Assembly: GCA_963663235.2 (NCBI GenBank)
Contig: CAXXNO010000008.1
Location: forward strand, 1-64,000
Origin: Dehalococcoidia bacterium
GTDB taxonomy: Bacteria; Chloroflexota; Dehalococcoidia; Bin125
Direction: 5' to 3'
DNA length: 64,000 bases
The translations under genes and the position numbers were made by a program. The notes under the pieces were generated by a model. The model searched no databases, was not told the DNA's origin, and saw only the letters and a program-made list of their open reading frames with translations. This document shows positions 30,338 through 39,044 of this stretch, one piece after another. Each line of letters starts with the position of its first letter. Position 1 is the first letter of the stretch.

Positions 30338-30682
30338 TGAACCTGTCCCGAACCATGTCCTGAGCTCGCCGAAGGGCCAGTCGAACGGCCGAACGGCGTC
30401 TGATCCACCCCCGCTCCATCGCTTGCGATGGAGCGGGCCTGTCCTGAGCCTGTCGAAGGAGGGCCAGGGGGCGCTTGCGCCCTTCGCACAGCGGAAGGGT
30501 GAGGTTCCCGCTGCTGCCCCGTTCGTCCTGAGCGAAGTCGAAGGAGAACGGGGCAGCTCCACCGTTCGTCCTCGCCCCGTCGAACGCCAAACGGCGTCTG
30601 ATCCACCCCCCTCTCCATCGCTTGCGATGGAGAGGGGGCCAGGGGGCGCTTGCGCCCTTCGCACAGCGGAAGGGTGAGGTTC
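30338..30682. repeat. Cluster of REP-like hairpins between argB and argD
   Basis: Two CTCCATCGCTTGCGATGGAG units, several CCTGAG...CGAAGG units, two GGGCGCTTGCGCCCTTCGCACAGCGGAAGGG units. Confidence 0.88.
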
Positions 30683-30711
30683 CTCCCCCCCGCCCGTCGA
30701 CGATCCGCGCC

Positions 30712-31497
30712 CTACCTCACCAGCGTCCCCGCCTCACCTGCCAGCGCCGATCGCAGCGCTCCCGCCGCCCGCCCGTCGACGATCCGCGCCATCGCCCCCG
30801 CCGCCGCCGCGCTCTGGCAGGCCGCGATCTTCGGCAACATGCCCCCCTCGATGGTCCCGGCCTTTCGCAGGACGCTGCTCTGCTCCGCGTCCAGCTCCTC
30901 CAGCGGTCGGCCCGAGCCGTCCAGGACGCCGGGCACGTCCGACAGCACGATCAGCGCCGCCGCCTCAGCCGCGACGGCGATCGCCCCCGCCACGGCATCG
31001 GCGTTGATGTTGATCAACTCGCGCCCCTCCGGCGTCAGCCCGATCGGCGCGATGACCGGGAGCAGCCCCGCTCCCAGCAGTGCCCGCAGCGGCTCGGGGT
31101 CGCAGGTGGGCGCTTCCCCCACCAGGCCCAGCCCGCGATCGTTCATCGGCGACCGCACCAGCCCCGCGTCGGCTCCCGCCACCCCGATGGCCTGCACCCC
31201 CAGGGCGGCGAAATCCCGCACCAGCCGCTTGTTCACCAGCCCCGCCAGCACGGCGACCACAATGTCCAGCGACTCCGCCGGCGTCTTCCGCAGCCCCTCG
31301 ATGAACTCGCTCGGCGCGCCCAGCCGCTCCAGCCATTCGCTGGTCACCGCCCTGCCTCCGTGCACCACCACCACCGCCGACCCCTCCCGGTGCAGCGCCG
31401 CGCAGTCGCCGATCGACGTGTCGTGCCCGCCCAGCGTGCTGCCCCCGATCTTCACCACGAACGGGCGCGTCCGCTCCTGCGCCGTTGCGCGGTTCAT
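30712..31497 (-). CDS. argB: Acetylglutamate kinase
   Basis: VVKIGGS, VVHGG, ININAD, GGMLPK. Confidence 0.94.
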   Translation of the reverse strand: MNRATAQERTRPFVVKIGGSTLGGHDTSIGDCAALHREGSAVVVVHGGRAVTSEWLERLGAPSEFIEGLRKTPAESLDIVVAVLAGLVNKRLVRDFAALGVQAIGVAGADAGLVRSPMNDRGLGLVGEAPTCDPEPLRALLGAGLLPVIAPIGLTPEGRELININADAVAGAIAVAAEAAALIVLSDVPGVLDGSGRPLEELDAEQSSVLRKAGTIEGGMLPKIAACQSAAAAGAMARIVDGRAAGALRSALAGEAGTLVR

Positions 31498-31526
31498 GTC
31501 GCGCCGATCACTGTTCGAGGCACCCC

Positions 31527-32732
31527 TCAAGTCACATAGTCCGCGTTGAACCGCACGTACTCCTCTGTCAGGTCGCAGCCCCAGGCCACGGCCGATTCCC
31601 CGCCCCGCCCCAGGTCCAGCCGGATGCGCACCGTGTCCCCGGAGATCGCCTTGGCTGCCTCCGACTCCGGCACGCCCGTGGTCGTGTCCTTCGCGAAGAG
31701 CAGCGTCTCCCCGATCCACAGCCGCAGCCCCCCGGGATCGAACGGCACCCCGGCGTTGCCCGCCGCCATCAGCACCCGCCCCCAGTTCGGGTCTCCTTTG
31801 CTGAGCGCGGCCTTGAGCAGCGGCGACCGCACCACGCTGCGCGCGACCCGCCGCGCTTCGTCCCAACTCGCTCCGCCCGTCACGGTGACCTCGATGAGCC
31901 GGGTGGCCCCCTCGCCGTCCCGCGCAATCGCCGTGGCCAGCTCCGTGCACACGCCCCGCAGCGCCTCGCCCAGCGCGCCCGCTGCCCTCGTGTCGCCCGC
32001 GTCGATCGCCCGCCCGCCCGCGGCGCCGTTCGCCAGCAGCACGACGGTGTCGTTGGTGGAGGTGTCCCCGTCCACTGTCACCATGTTCAGGCTGCGGTCG
32101 ACGGCGTACCGCAGTTGCTGGTCCAGCGCTTCGGCTGTCACTGGCGCGTCGGTGGTGAGGAACGCCAGCATGGTGGCCATGTCGGGGTGGATCATCCCCG
32201 CCCCTTTGGCGCAGCCCCCCACGACGTACGACACGCCGTTCGCTTCGAACCGCTCGATGGCCTCCTTGACGAAGGTGTCGGTCGTCATGATCGCCCGTGC
32301 GAAGTCGCCGCCGCCGCCGCGGCTCGGCTCGACCTTCCCGATGCCGGCCGCCACCTGCTCCATTGGCATGTAGTGCCCGATGATCCCCGTGCTGAGCACG
32401 AACACGTCCGTTTCCCCGCACCCGACCCGCGCGGCCGTCATCGCGGCCATCTGCCGGGCGTCGGCCAGCCCGCGCGCCCCGGTGGCCGCGTTGGCGTTGC
32501 CGGAGTTCACCACCACTGCTCGCAGGCGGTGGTCCGTCATGTGCTCTCGGTCCAGCACGAGCGGCGGGGCCTTGACCACATTGCTGGTGAACAGCGCGGC
32601 GGCGCTGGCCGTCTCGTCGGAGACGAGCAGCGCTAGGTCGGGCCGCCCCGATTCCTTGATCCCGGCGGTCGTGGCCCCGGCCCGATAGCCCTGCGGGGCG
32701 GTGATCGCCCCCCCGTCGGGAACGCTGCTCAC
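31527..32732 (-). CDS. argJ: Glutamate N-acetyltransferase ArgJ
   Basis: NSGNANA, KGAGMIHPDMATML, DGDTSTND, DGEGAT, DPNWGR. Confidence 0.96.
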   Translation of the reverse strand: MSSVPDGGAITAPQGYRAGATTAGIKESGRPDLALLVSDETASAAALFTSNVVKAPPLVLDREHMTDHRLRAVVVNSGNANAATGARGLADARQMAAMTAARVGCGETDVFVLSTGIIGHYMPMEQVAAGIGKVEPSRGGGGDFARAIMTTDTFVKEAIERFEANGVSYVVGGCAKGAGMIHPDMATMLAFLTTDAPVTAEALDQQLRYAVDRSLNMVTVDGDTSTNDTVVLLANGAAGGRAIDAGDTRAAGALGEALRGVCTELATAIARDGEGATRLIEVTVTGGASWDEARRVARSVVRSPLLKAALSKGDPNWGRVLMAAGNAGVPFDPGGLRLWIGETLLFAKDTTTGVPESEAAKAISGDTVRIRLDLGRGGESAVAWGCDLTEEYVRFNADYVT

Positions 32733-33766
32733 GGGTACAGGCCGATCGATGGCAGCCCCGCCGTCTCTTCGATGCCGAACATCAGGTTGAGGCACTGCAC
32801 CGCTGCGCCGGCGGCCCCTTTGACCAGGTTGTCCAGACAGCCGATCGCCACGCACCGCCCTGTGATGGCGTCGATGCTCGGGTAGACAAGGCAGGCGTTG
32901 CTGCCCACGGTTTCCTTGGTGCTGGGCGCTGCGGCGGCTACGTGCACAAACGGATGGGCCGCGTAGAACTCCTGGTACCGATCCGCCAGCGCCGCCTGTG
33001 CCGCTTCCCGCCCCTCGGGCAGCGCACCCGCACGGAACCGCGCGTGTGCGGTGGCGAGCAGTCCGCGGGTCATGGGGATCAGGTGCGGCACGAAGGTCAC
33101 GCTGGGCGCTTCGCCCTCCGCCGCCAGCGCGCTCAGCTCCTGCACGATCTCCGGCTGGTGGCGGTGCCCCTCCAGGCCGTACGCGCTCAGGTTGCCGTCC
33201 ACTTCCGAGAAGTGGCTGCTCAGTTTCACCGTCCGGCCCGCGCCGGACACGCCCGACTTCGCGTCCACCACGATATCTGGCTCGATCAGCCCGCCTGCCA
33301 CCAGCGGCGCAAGCGTCAGGATTGCGGCCGTTGGGTAGCACCCCGGCACGGCCACCAGCCGCGATTCCCGGATCGCCTCTCGATGCAGCTCCGGCAGCCC
33401 GTACGTCGCGCGATCCAGGTACTGCGGCTGGGGATGCTGGCCGTACCACTGCGCGTAGGTATCCGCGTCGTGCAGGCGGAAGTCGGCGCTGCAGTCGATC
33501 ACCGGCAGGCCGCTCGCGATATACGGGGCCAGCGTCTCCGCCGCGGCGGCGTGCGGGAGCGCCGAGACCACTACGTCCACGTCGCCGGGCTCCTCCGTGA
33601 TCGGAAGGTCCAGGGGCCACAGGTGCGGGAATACCTCCGGCAGCCGCTTCCCCGCCTCCGACCGCCCGGTCACGGACGCGACCGTTACCTCCGGATGCTC
33701 GGCCAGCAGCCGCGCCAGCTCAGCCCCCACGTACCCCGTCACGTTGAGTATGCCCGTCCGGATCAC
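32729..33766 (-). CDS. argC: N-acetyl-gamma-glutamyl-phosphate reductase
   Basis: TGYVGAEL, PGCYPTA, SGVSGAG, DNLVKGAAG. Confidence 0.96.
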   Translation of the reverse strand: MIRTGILNVTGYVGAELARLLAEHPEVTVASVTGRSEAGKRLPEVFPHLWPLDLPITEEPGDVDVVVSALPHAAAAETLAPYIASGLPVIDCSADFRLHDADTYAQWYGQHPQPQYLDRATYGLPELHREAIRESRLVAVPGCYPTAAILTLAPLVAGGLIEPDIVVDAKSGVSGAGRTVKLSSHFSEVDGNLSAYGLEGHRHQPEIVQELSALAAEGEAPSVTFVPHLIPMTRGLLATAHARFRAGALPEGREAAQAALADRYQEFYAAHPFVHVAAAAPSTKETVGSNACLVYPSIDAITGRCVAIGCLDNLVKGAAGAAVQCLNLMFGIEETAGLPSIGLYP

Positions 33767-33774
33767 GGCATGCT

Positions 33775-33807
33775 CCGTTCGTCCTGAGCCTGTCGAAGGA
33801 CGAACGG
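33775..33807. repeat. REP-like hairpin directly upstream of argC
   Basis: CCGTTCGTCCT-GAGCCTGTCGA-AGGACGAACGG. Confidence 0.85.
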
Positions 33808-33868
33808 CCTCACGTCTTGGAGGATTTCAGCCCCTCGAAGCACGCCCGCCGATGCCCTTTCGCCTACC

Positions 33869-34696
33869 CTACCCGCCCGCGCCCAACTCCGCACTCGGAC
33901 ATCGGTCCGCCAGGACACACTCCCCGCCCAGCGGCCGCTCCGCGTTGCACACCCCGCGCCCGAGGCGGCAAGCGTGACCGCACCGATCAGCGCCGTCCGC
34001 TCACGACCCCTGCCCACCACTCCCATCGAACATGAAAACACTCCGACAGCCGTCGGCCAGGACACACTCCCCGCACAGCGGCCGCCCGCCTTGCACACCC
34101 CGCGCCCGAGGCGGCAAGCGTGACCGCACCGATCAGCGCCGTCCGCTCGCGACCCTTGCCCACCACTCCCATCAAACATGAAAACACTCGGGCAGCCGTC
34201 CGCCGGGACACACTTCCCGCACAGCGGCCGCTCCGCGTTGCACACCCAGCGCCCGAGGCGGCAAGCGTGACCGCACCGATCAGCGCCGTCCGCTCACGAC
34301 CCCTGCCCGCCGCTCCCATCAAACATGAAAACACTCCGACAGCCGTCGGCCAGGACACACTCCCCGCACAGCGGCCGCTCCGCGTTGCACACCCCGCGTC
34401 CGAGGCGGCAAGCGTGACCGCACCGATCAGCGCTACCCGCTCACGACCCTTGCCCGCCGCTCCCATCAAACATGAAAACACTCGGGCAGCCGTCGGCCGG
34501 GACACACTCCCCGCACAGCGGCCGCTCCGCGTTGCACACCCCGCGCCCGAGGCGGCAAGCGTGACCGCACCGATCAGCGCCGTCCGCTTACGACCCTTGC
34601 CCGCCGCTCCCATCAAACATGAAGGCACTCGGACATTGGTCCGCCAGGACACACTCCCCGCACAGCGGCCGCCCCGCCTTGCACACTCGACGCCCG
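33869..34696 (-). repeat. Tandem array of 147-bp units containing the nth 3' end ([4Fe-4S] motif)
   Basis: Marker GAGGCGGCAAGCGTGACCGCACCGATCAGCGC at 33962, 34108, 34255, 34402, 34549. Confidence 0.95.
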
Positions 34697-35262
34697 TGCC
34701 GGATCACGGACACGTGGAACCGGTAGTACTGCCGCGACGTCATCTGCGCCTCCAACGCTTCGTGCGCCGCCGCTGCTCCCGTCTTGGCGTCGATCAGCCC
34801 CAGCCGCTGCGCCACTCGATGCACGTGCGTATCCACCGGCAGCGCCGGCCGCCCCAGCGCGAACAGCAGCACGCACGCCGCCGTCTTCGGCCCCACCCCT
34901 GGCAGCGACGTCAGCCACTCCTTCGCCTTCTTCAGCCGCATCCCCTTGAGCTGCCGCGCATCCCACTCGGGCCCCAGTCGCTCCCGCAACTCGGCCAGCA
35001 GCGCCTGCATCCGCGGCGCTTTCGTCTTGGCCAGCCCCCCGATCCGGATCGTCTCTTCCACTTCGCGCGTCGGCGCCGCCAGGACCGCGTCCCACGTGGG
35101 GTAGCGAGCGATCAGCGCTTGGTACGCGCGTCCCGAGTTGGTGTCCGAAGTGTTCTGCGACAGCAGCGTCAGCACTAGCTCCGCCACCGCGTCGCCGTGC
35201 GCCCGCCACGGCGGGATCGGTGCTTCGGCGTCCAGCCGCTCGATGATCTCCGCCGGCGTCAA
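34588..35262 (-). CDS. nth: Endonuclease III family DNA glycosylase (start uncertain)
   Basis: LLSQNTSD, HhH LPGVGPKTA, VDTHVHRV, CKAGRPLCGECVLADQC (CX6CX2CX5C). Confidence 0.9.
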   Translation of the reverse strand: MTPAEIIERLDAEAPIPPWRAHGDAVAELVLTLLSQNTSDTNSGRAYQALIARYPTWDAVLAAPTREVEETIRIGGLAKTKAPRMQALLAELRERLGPEWDARQLKGMRLKKAKEWLTSLPGVGPKTAACVLLFALGRPALPVDTHVHRVAQRLGLIDAKTGAAAAHEALEAQMTSRQYYRFHVSVIRHGRRVCKAGRPLCGECVLADQCPSAFMFDGSGGQGS

Positions 35263-35354
35263 CCGGGCCCTGCTCGCCGCGCGACGCTTGCGGCTCCGCC
35301 TCGGCTTCGTGGCCCCTTGCTTCGCTTTGGACCGCCTCGACGATTGGACGGCGG

Positions 35355-35768
35355 TCAGGGCGTCAGCCCCGCTTCCGCGCAGCCGATCGGCGTCTCGCTC
35401 GCGTGCCAGAGGATCGTCCCGTCCATCTCCTGCCCCCCGGCTCCGTAGATCCGGCAGAAGGCGTCGCCGTTGACCACGACGCGAGCGTCGTAGACTCCCT
35501 CCTGCGGGAAGCGCCAGAATTCCCGCGCCGTGAGAGCGCCGCTCGCTCCGGACCCTTCTCGCGCCGCGGCGATCGTCGCCGCTTCCGGCGTCGCGTGGAT
35601 GAACGCGGGCGGCTCTTCGGCGGCCGTTGCCGTCGCGCTCCTCGACACCACCACTTCGCTGATACGGGGTTCCGCGGCGGCGTCGCCGGTTCCGCCGCAC
35701 GCGGCAATCAACGGGACAACGAAGGGCAACAGGCCGCCGGCCACTGCAAGAACGGCGCCGCGTCTCAC
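35355..35768 (-). CDS. Hypothetical lipoprotein
   Basis: MRRGAVLAVAGGLLPFVVPLIAAC lipobox; start overlaps upstream stop. Confidence 0.6.
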   Translation of the reverse strand: MRRGAVLAVAGGLLPFVVPLIAACGGTGDAAAEPRISEVVVSRSATATAAEEPPAFIHATPEAATIAAAREGSGASGALTAREFWRFPQEGVYDARVVVNGDAFCRIYGAGGQEMDGTILWHASETPIGCAEAGLTP

Positions 35769-36925
35769 AACAATCTCGTCGCCTGCGCCAGGCCGGGCCA
35801 CCGGCGCAACTCCTCCGCGTACGTCGACCGGCCCTGCATCACCCGGAAGAACGCCCGCCAGAAATAGTCGATGCGGCGGCTGGCCGCCAGCGCCAGCGCT
35901 GGCCACGTGCCGACGCACCAGTAGTACATCCGGGAGATCGCGCGCGCCGCGTCCAGCTCCGGCTGGATCTCGCGGTTCACGGCCGCTTCGTAGCGTCCCG
36001 CGGCGTCCCCGTCGCTGCCCAGCGCCGTCACCACCGCCGACGCCGCCAGCCGCCCCGACTGCACGGCGTACGCGATCCCTTCGGCGGTGAATTCGTCAGC
36101 CAGCCCGGCGGCGTCGCCTAGCAGCAGCGTCGGCCCGGCGGCGATCCGTTCCCGGCCCCGGCGGTAGCGGATCGGGTGCCCCCGCGCCTCCGTGATGGTG
36201 GCATCGGCCAGCCCCAGCCGCTGGAGGTAGTCGCGGCCCCGCGCGCGGATCCCCCGGCCGTCGCCCGGTGCCAGCACCAGCCCCACCGACAGCCGACCGG
36301 CCTTGGGAAAGACCCACCCGTAGCCCCACGGCCGGTACCCCACGTCCACGTTGGCCTGCCCCTGCCAGCGCCGCAGCGCCGCCGCGGGCGCGGCGACCTC
36401 CAGCTCCCAGGCCGCGCTCGTGGCCAGCTCTTGGCCCACGCCGGCCGCCCGCGCCACCCGGCCCGTGGCGCCGTCGGCGCCCAGCACCATCGACGCGTGG
36501 TACGACCCGCCATCGCTGATCACCCGCGCGCCGCCGTCGCACGGCTCCACGGTCTGGACCGTCTCGCCCTGGTGCACCTCCGCGCCGGCTTCCCCGGCCC
36601 AATCCAGCAGCAGGTTGTCGAACCGGTCCCGCATCACCATGTAGGCCAGCGGCTGCTTCGATCGCTTGCGGAAGCCGCGACGGCCGAGGTGGCTCACCTC
36701 GATCCCCTCCACGACGTCTTCCACCACCGTCTCCACCGGCCGTTCCAGCAAGGCGGCGGCGCGTAGGGGGATGCCGCCGCCGCAGACCTTGTACCGCGGG
36801 TGCGTCGCCTTCTCGATCACCAGGGTGCGCACGCCGGCGCTCGCCAGGCGCCGCGCGGCGGTGCTGCCCGCCGGCCCGCCGCCCACGACGATCGCCTCCC
36901 ACTGCTCCGACTCGGGTGCCTTCAC
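35765..36925 (-). CDS. Geranylgeranyl reductase family FAD oxidoreductase
   Basis: VGGGPAG, PRYKVCGGG, GYGWVFPK, GDAAGLADEFTAEGI. Confidence 0.9.
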   Translation of the reverse strand: MKAPESEQWEAIVVGGGPAGSTAARRLASAGVRTLVIEKATHPRYKVCGGGIPLRAAALLERPVETVVEDVVEGIEVSHLGRRGFRKRSKQPLAYMVMRDRFDNLLLDWAGEAGAEVHQGETVQTVEPCDGGARVISDGGSYHASMVLGADGATGRVARAAGVGQELATSAAWELEVAAPAAALRRWQGQANVDVGYRPWGYGWVFPKAGRLSVGLVLAPGDGRGIRARGRDYLQRLGLADATITEARGHPIRYRRGRERIAAGPTLLLGDAAGLADEFTAEGIAYAVQSGRLAASAVVTALGSDGDAAGRYEAAVNREIQPELDAARAISRMYYWCVGTWPALALAASRRIDYFWRAFFRVMQGRSTYAEELRRWPGLAQATRLL

Positions 36926-36973
36926 GCCCCAAGCCTAGCGAACGCGACACGATCCCGTCCCTGGCGTGGTCGG

Positions 36974-37100
36974 CTAGGCGGAGAAGCGCCGCTCACGCGC
37001 GACGAACAACTGGTGCTCCGCTTCGAGCCGCAGCCACATCAACGCCGGCAGTGCCAGGGCCTCTTCCAGTTGCAGCGCCGTTTCGGCGGTGATCGCCTTC
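36974..37100 (-). pseudogene. C-terminal fragment of HigA-family antitoxin
   Basis: RKAITAETALQLEEALALPALMWLRLEAEHQL; N-terminal HTH replaced by REP sequence. Confidence 0.65.
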
Positions 37101-37322
37101 CTCCCCCTCTCCATCGCTTGCCGATGGAGAGAGGGCCAGGGGGTGAGGTTCCCCCCCATCCCTCGCGACGGCGGGAGCTGGGGTGTGGCCCGTTCCCCGC
37201 CCCTTCCCCCTCTCCATCGCTTGCCGATGGAGAGGGGGCCAGGGGGTGAGGTTTCCCCTCTCGTTCGTGTCCAAGGAGGGCCAGGGGGCGCTTGCGCCCT
37301 TCGCACAGCGGAAGGGTGAGGC
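37099..37322. repeat. REP-like cluster (two CCCTCTCCATCG hairpins plus variant)
   Basis: Identity to other copies. Confidence 0.88.
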
Positions 37323-37371
37323 TCCCCCGCCCTTGTCCCCCGACCCTCCCCGTGCCACGATGCCTACCGTT

Positions 37372-38286
37372 ATGCTCCACTCAGCATATCGCCGCCCCGC
37401 TTGGGTGCCTCTCTGCGCCGCTCTGCTGGCGCTCGCCCTCGCCACTGCCGCCTGCGGCGACGACGATGACTCCCCGCTCGGCGGCGACCTCATCCTCGCC
37501 ACGACCACCAGCGTCCGCGACAGCGGCCTCCTCGATGACCTCGTGCCCCTCTTCGAGCGCCGCAGCGGCGTCAACGTCAAGGTGATCGCCGTCGGCACCG
37601 GCGCCGCCCTGCGCTTGGCGGAGGACGGCAACGCCGATGCCCTCTTCGTCCACGCCCCTGACGCGGAGCGCGCCCTCGTCGATGCCGGACACGCCGTCAA
37701 CCGCCGGCTCGTGATGTACAACGACTTCCTCCTCCTCGGCCCCGACGACGACCCCGCCGTCGTCGCGGGCAGCCACGACGCGGCGGCGGCCTTGGCCCGG
37801 ATCGCGGCGGCCGAGTCCCGCTTCGTCTCCCGCGGCGACGGCAGCGGCACGCATCAGAAGGAGCTCGCGCTGTGGGCGGCGGCCGGCGTCGAGCCCCGCG
37901 GCTCCTGGTACCAGGAGGCTGGACAGGGCATGGGCGCCACTCTCACCATCGCCGATCAAAAACGCGCCTACGTCCTCACGGACCGCGCCACCTTCTTGGC
38001 CCTGAGCGATGACCTGGAGCTCCGCTCCGCCGTCGAGGGCGATCCCGCCCTGCTCAACCTCTACAGCGTCATGCAGGTTGCTCCTGGCAAAGGCGGCGTC
38101 AACGCCCCTGCCGCCGCGGCCTGGGTCGACTTCACCCAGTCGCGCGAGGTGCAGGACCTGATCCGCGATTTCCGCCGCGACGAATTCGGCCGGCCGCTCT
38201 TTGTCCCCGCGGCCGGCAAGAGCGAACAACAGGCGGCCGAGGACTTCTCGCGCTCCGCGGTGCTTCCCGCGTTCGTGGTCGGCTGA
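37372..38286 (+). CDS. tupA: Tungstate ABC transporter substrate-binding lipoprotein
   Basis: Lipobox LATAAC, ATTTSVRDSGL, FVSRGDGSGTH, LTDRATF. Confidence 0.9.
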   Translation: MLHSAYRRPAWVPLCAALLALALATAACGDDDDSPLGGDLILATTTSVRDSGLLDDLVPLFERRSGVNVKVIAVGTGAALRLAEDGNADALFVHAPDAERALVDAGHAVNRRLVMYNDFLLLGPDDDPAVVAGSHDAAAALARIAAAESRFVSRGDGSGTHQKELALWAAAGVEPRGSWYQEAGQGMGATLTIADQKRAYVLTDRATFLALSDDLELRSAVEGDPALLNLYSVMQVAPGKGGVNAPAAAAWVDFTQSREVQDLIRDFRRDEFGRPLFVPAAGKSEQQAAEDFSRSAVLPAFVVG

Positions 38287-38345
38287 GCCGCCCGCGCGCC
38301 TTCGCGCCGTGGAAGGCTGTCGCAGGCGGTGGAAGGGAACGATCA

Positions 38346-39044
38346 GTGGATTTCTTGTGGGACGGTATCCGTGAAGCCGTAAAGCTCTGGGCCCGCGGCG
38401 ATAGCGAGATCATCGAGATCACGCTGCGCACGCTGGTCATCGCCGGCATCTCGACGCTGATCGCCCTCGCCATCGGCGTCCCCCTCGGTGCGGCGCTGGC
38501 GTTGAAGCGCTTCCGCGGCCGCAGCCCCATCGTGGCGCTAGTGCACACGGGCATGGGTGTGCCCCCGGTGGTGGTCGGGCTGGTGGTGGCGGTGCTGCTC
38601 TGGCGCAGCGGCCCTTTGGGCGGGCTGAACCTGATCTATTCCCCCAGCGCCATGGTCGTGGCCCAGTTCATCATCGCCGTGCCGCTCGTGACCGGGGTCT
38701 CCTTGGTCGCTGTCCAGTCGCTGAACCCCCGCCTGCTCGATCAGGTGGTTGCTCTCGGCGCCAACCGCGCACAACTCCTCTGGGTCATCGTCCGCGAGGC
38801 GCGACTCGGGTTGCTGGCCGCGCTGATGGCGGGCTTCGGCGCCGTGATCTCGGAGGTCGGCGCGTCGATGATGGTCGGCGGCAATATCGCCGGCGAGACC
38901 CGCGTCCTCACGACCGCTACGGTGCTTGAGACTAGTCGCGGCAACATCGAGGTGGCGCTGGCGCTCGGTTTGATGTTGTTGATCATGGCCTACGTCGTGA
39001 ACTTGATCTTCACCTCGGTCCAGCAGGAGCGTCGCTTCGCCTGA
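38346..39044 (+). CDS. tupB: Tungstate ABC transporter permease
   Basis: MGVPPVVVGL, ISEVGASMMVGGNI, TRVLTTA. Confidence 0.9.
   Translation: MDFLWDGIREAVKLWARGDSEIIEITLRTLVIAGISTLIALAIGVPLGAALALKRFRGRSPIVALVHTGMGVPPVVVGLVVAVLLWRSGPLGGLNLIYSPSAMVVAQFIIAVPLVTGVSLVAVQSLNPRLLDQVVALGANRAQLLWVIVREARLGLLAALMAGFGAVISEVGASMMVGGNIAGETRVLTTATVLETSRGNIEVALALGLMLLIMAYVVNLIFTSVQQERRFA

Noticed and set aside
30238-30618. 127-aa N-terminal extension of ArgD
   Set aside because: Translation of the REP cluster; the real start is ATG 30237 after GGAG
34000-34590. Selenocysteine readthrough of the in-frame TGAs
   Set aside because: nth itself ends in TAA, the TGAs are not at Cys positions, and no SECIS is evident
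33987-34652. 221-aa repeat ORF with lipoprotein-like LAASGAGC, and the 352-aa plus-strand ORF
   Set aside because: A 147-bp GC-rich unit stays open in several frames by construction; the sequence derives from nth in another frame
33869-34696. CRISPR array
   Set aside because: Whole 147-bp units repeat with no unique spacers, and there are no cas genes
11540-36925. Archaeal-type ether lipid pathway from the UbiA-family and geranylgeranyl reductase genes
   Set aside because: The genes are unlinked, both families are broad, and there is no GGGP synthase in the window
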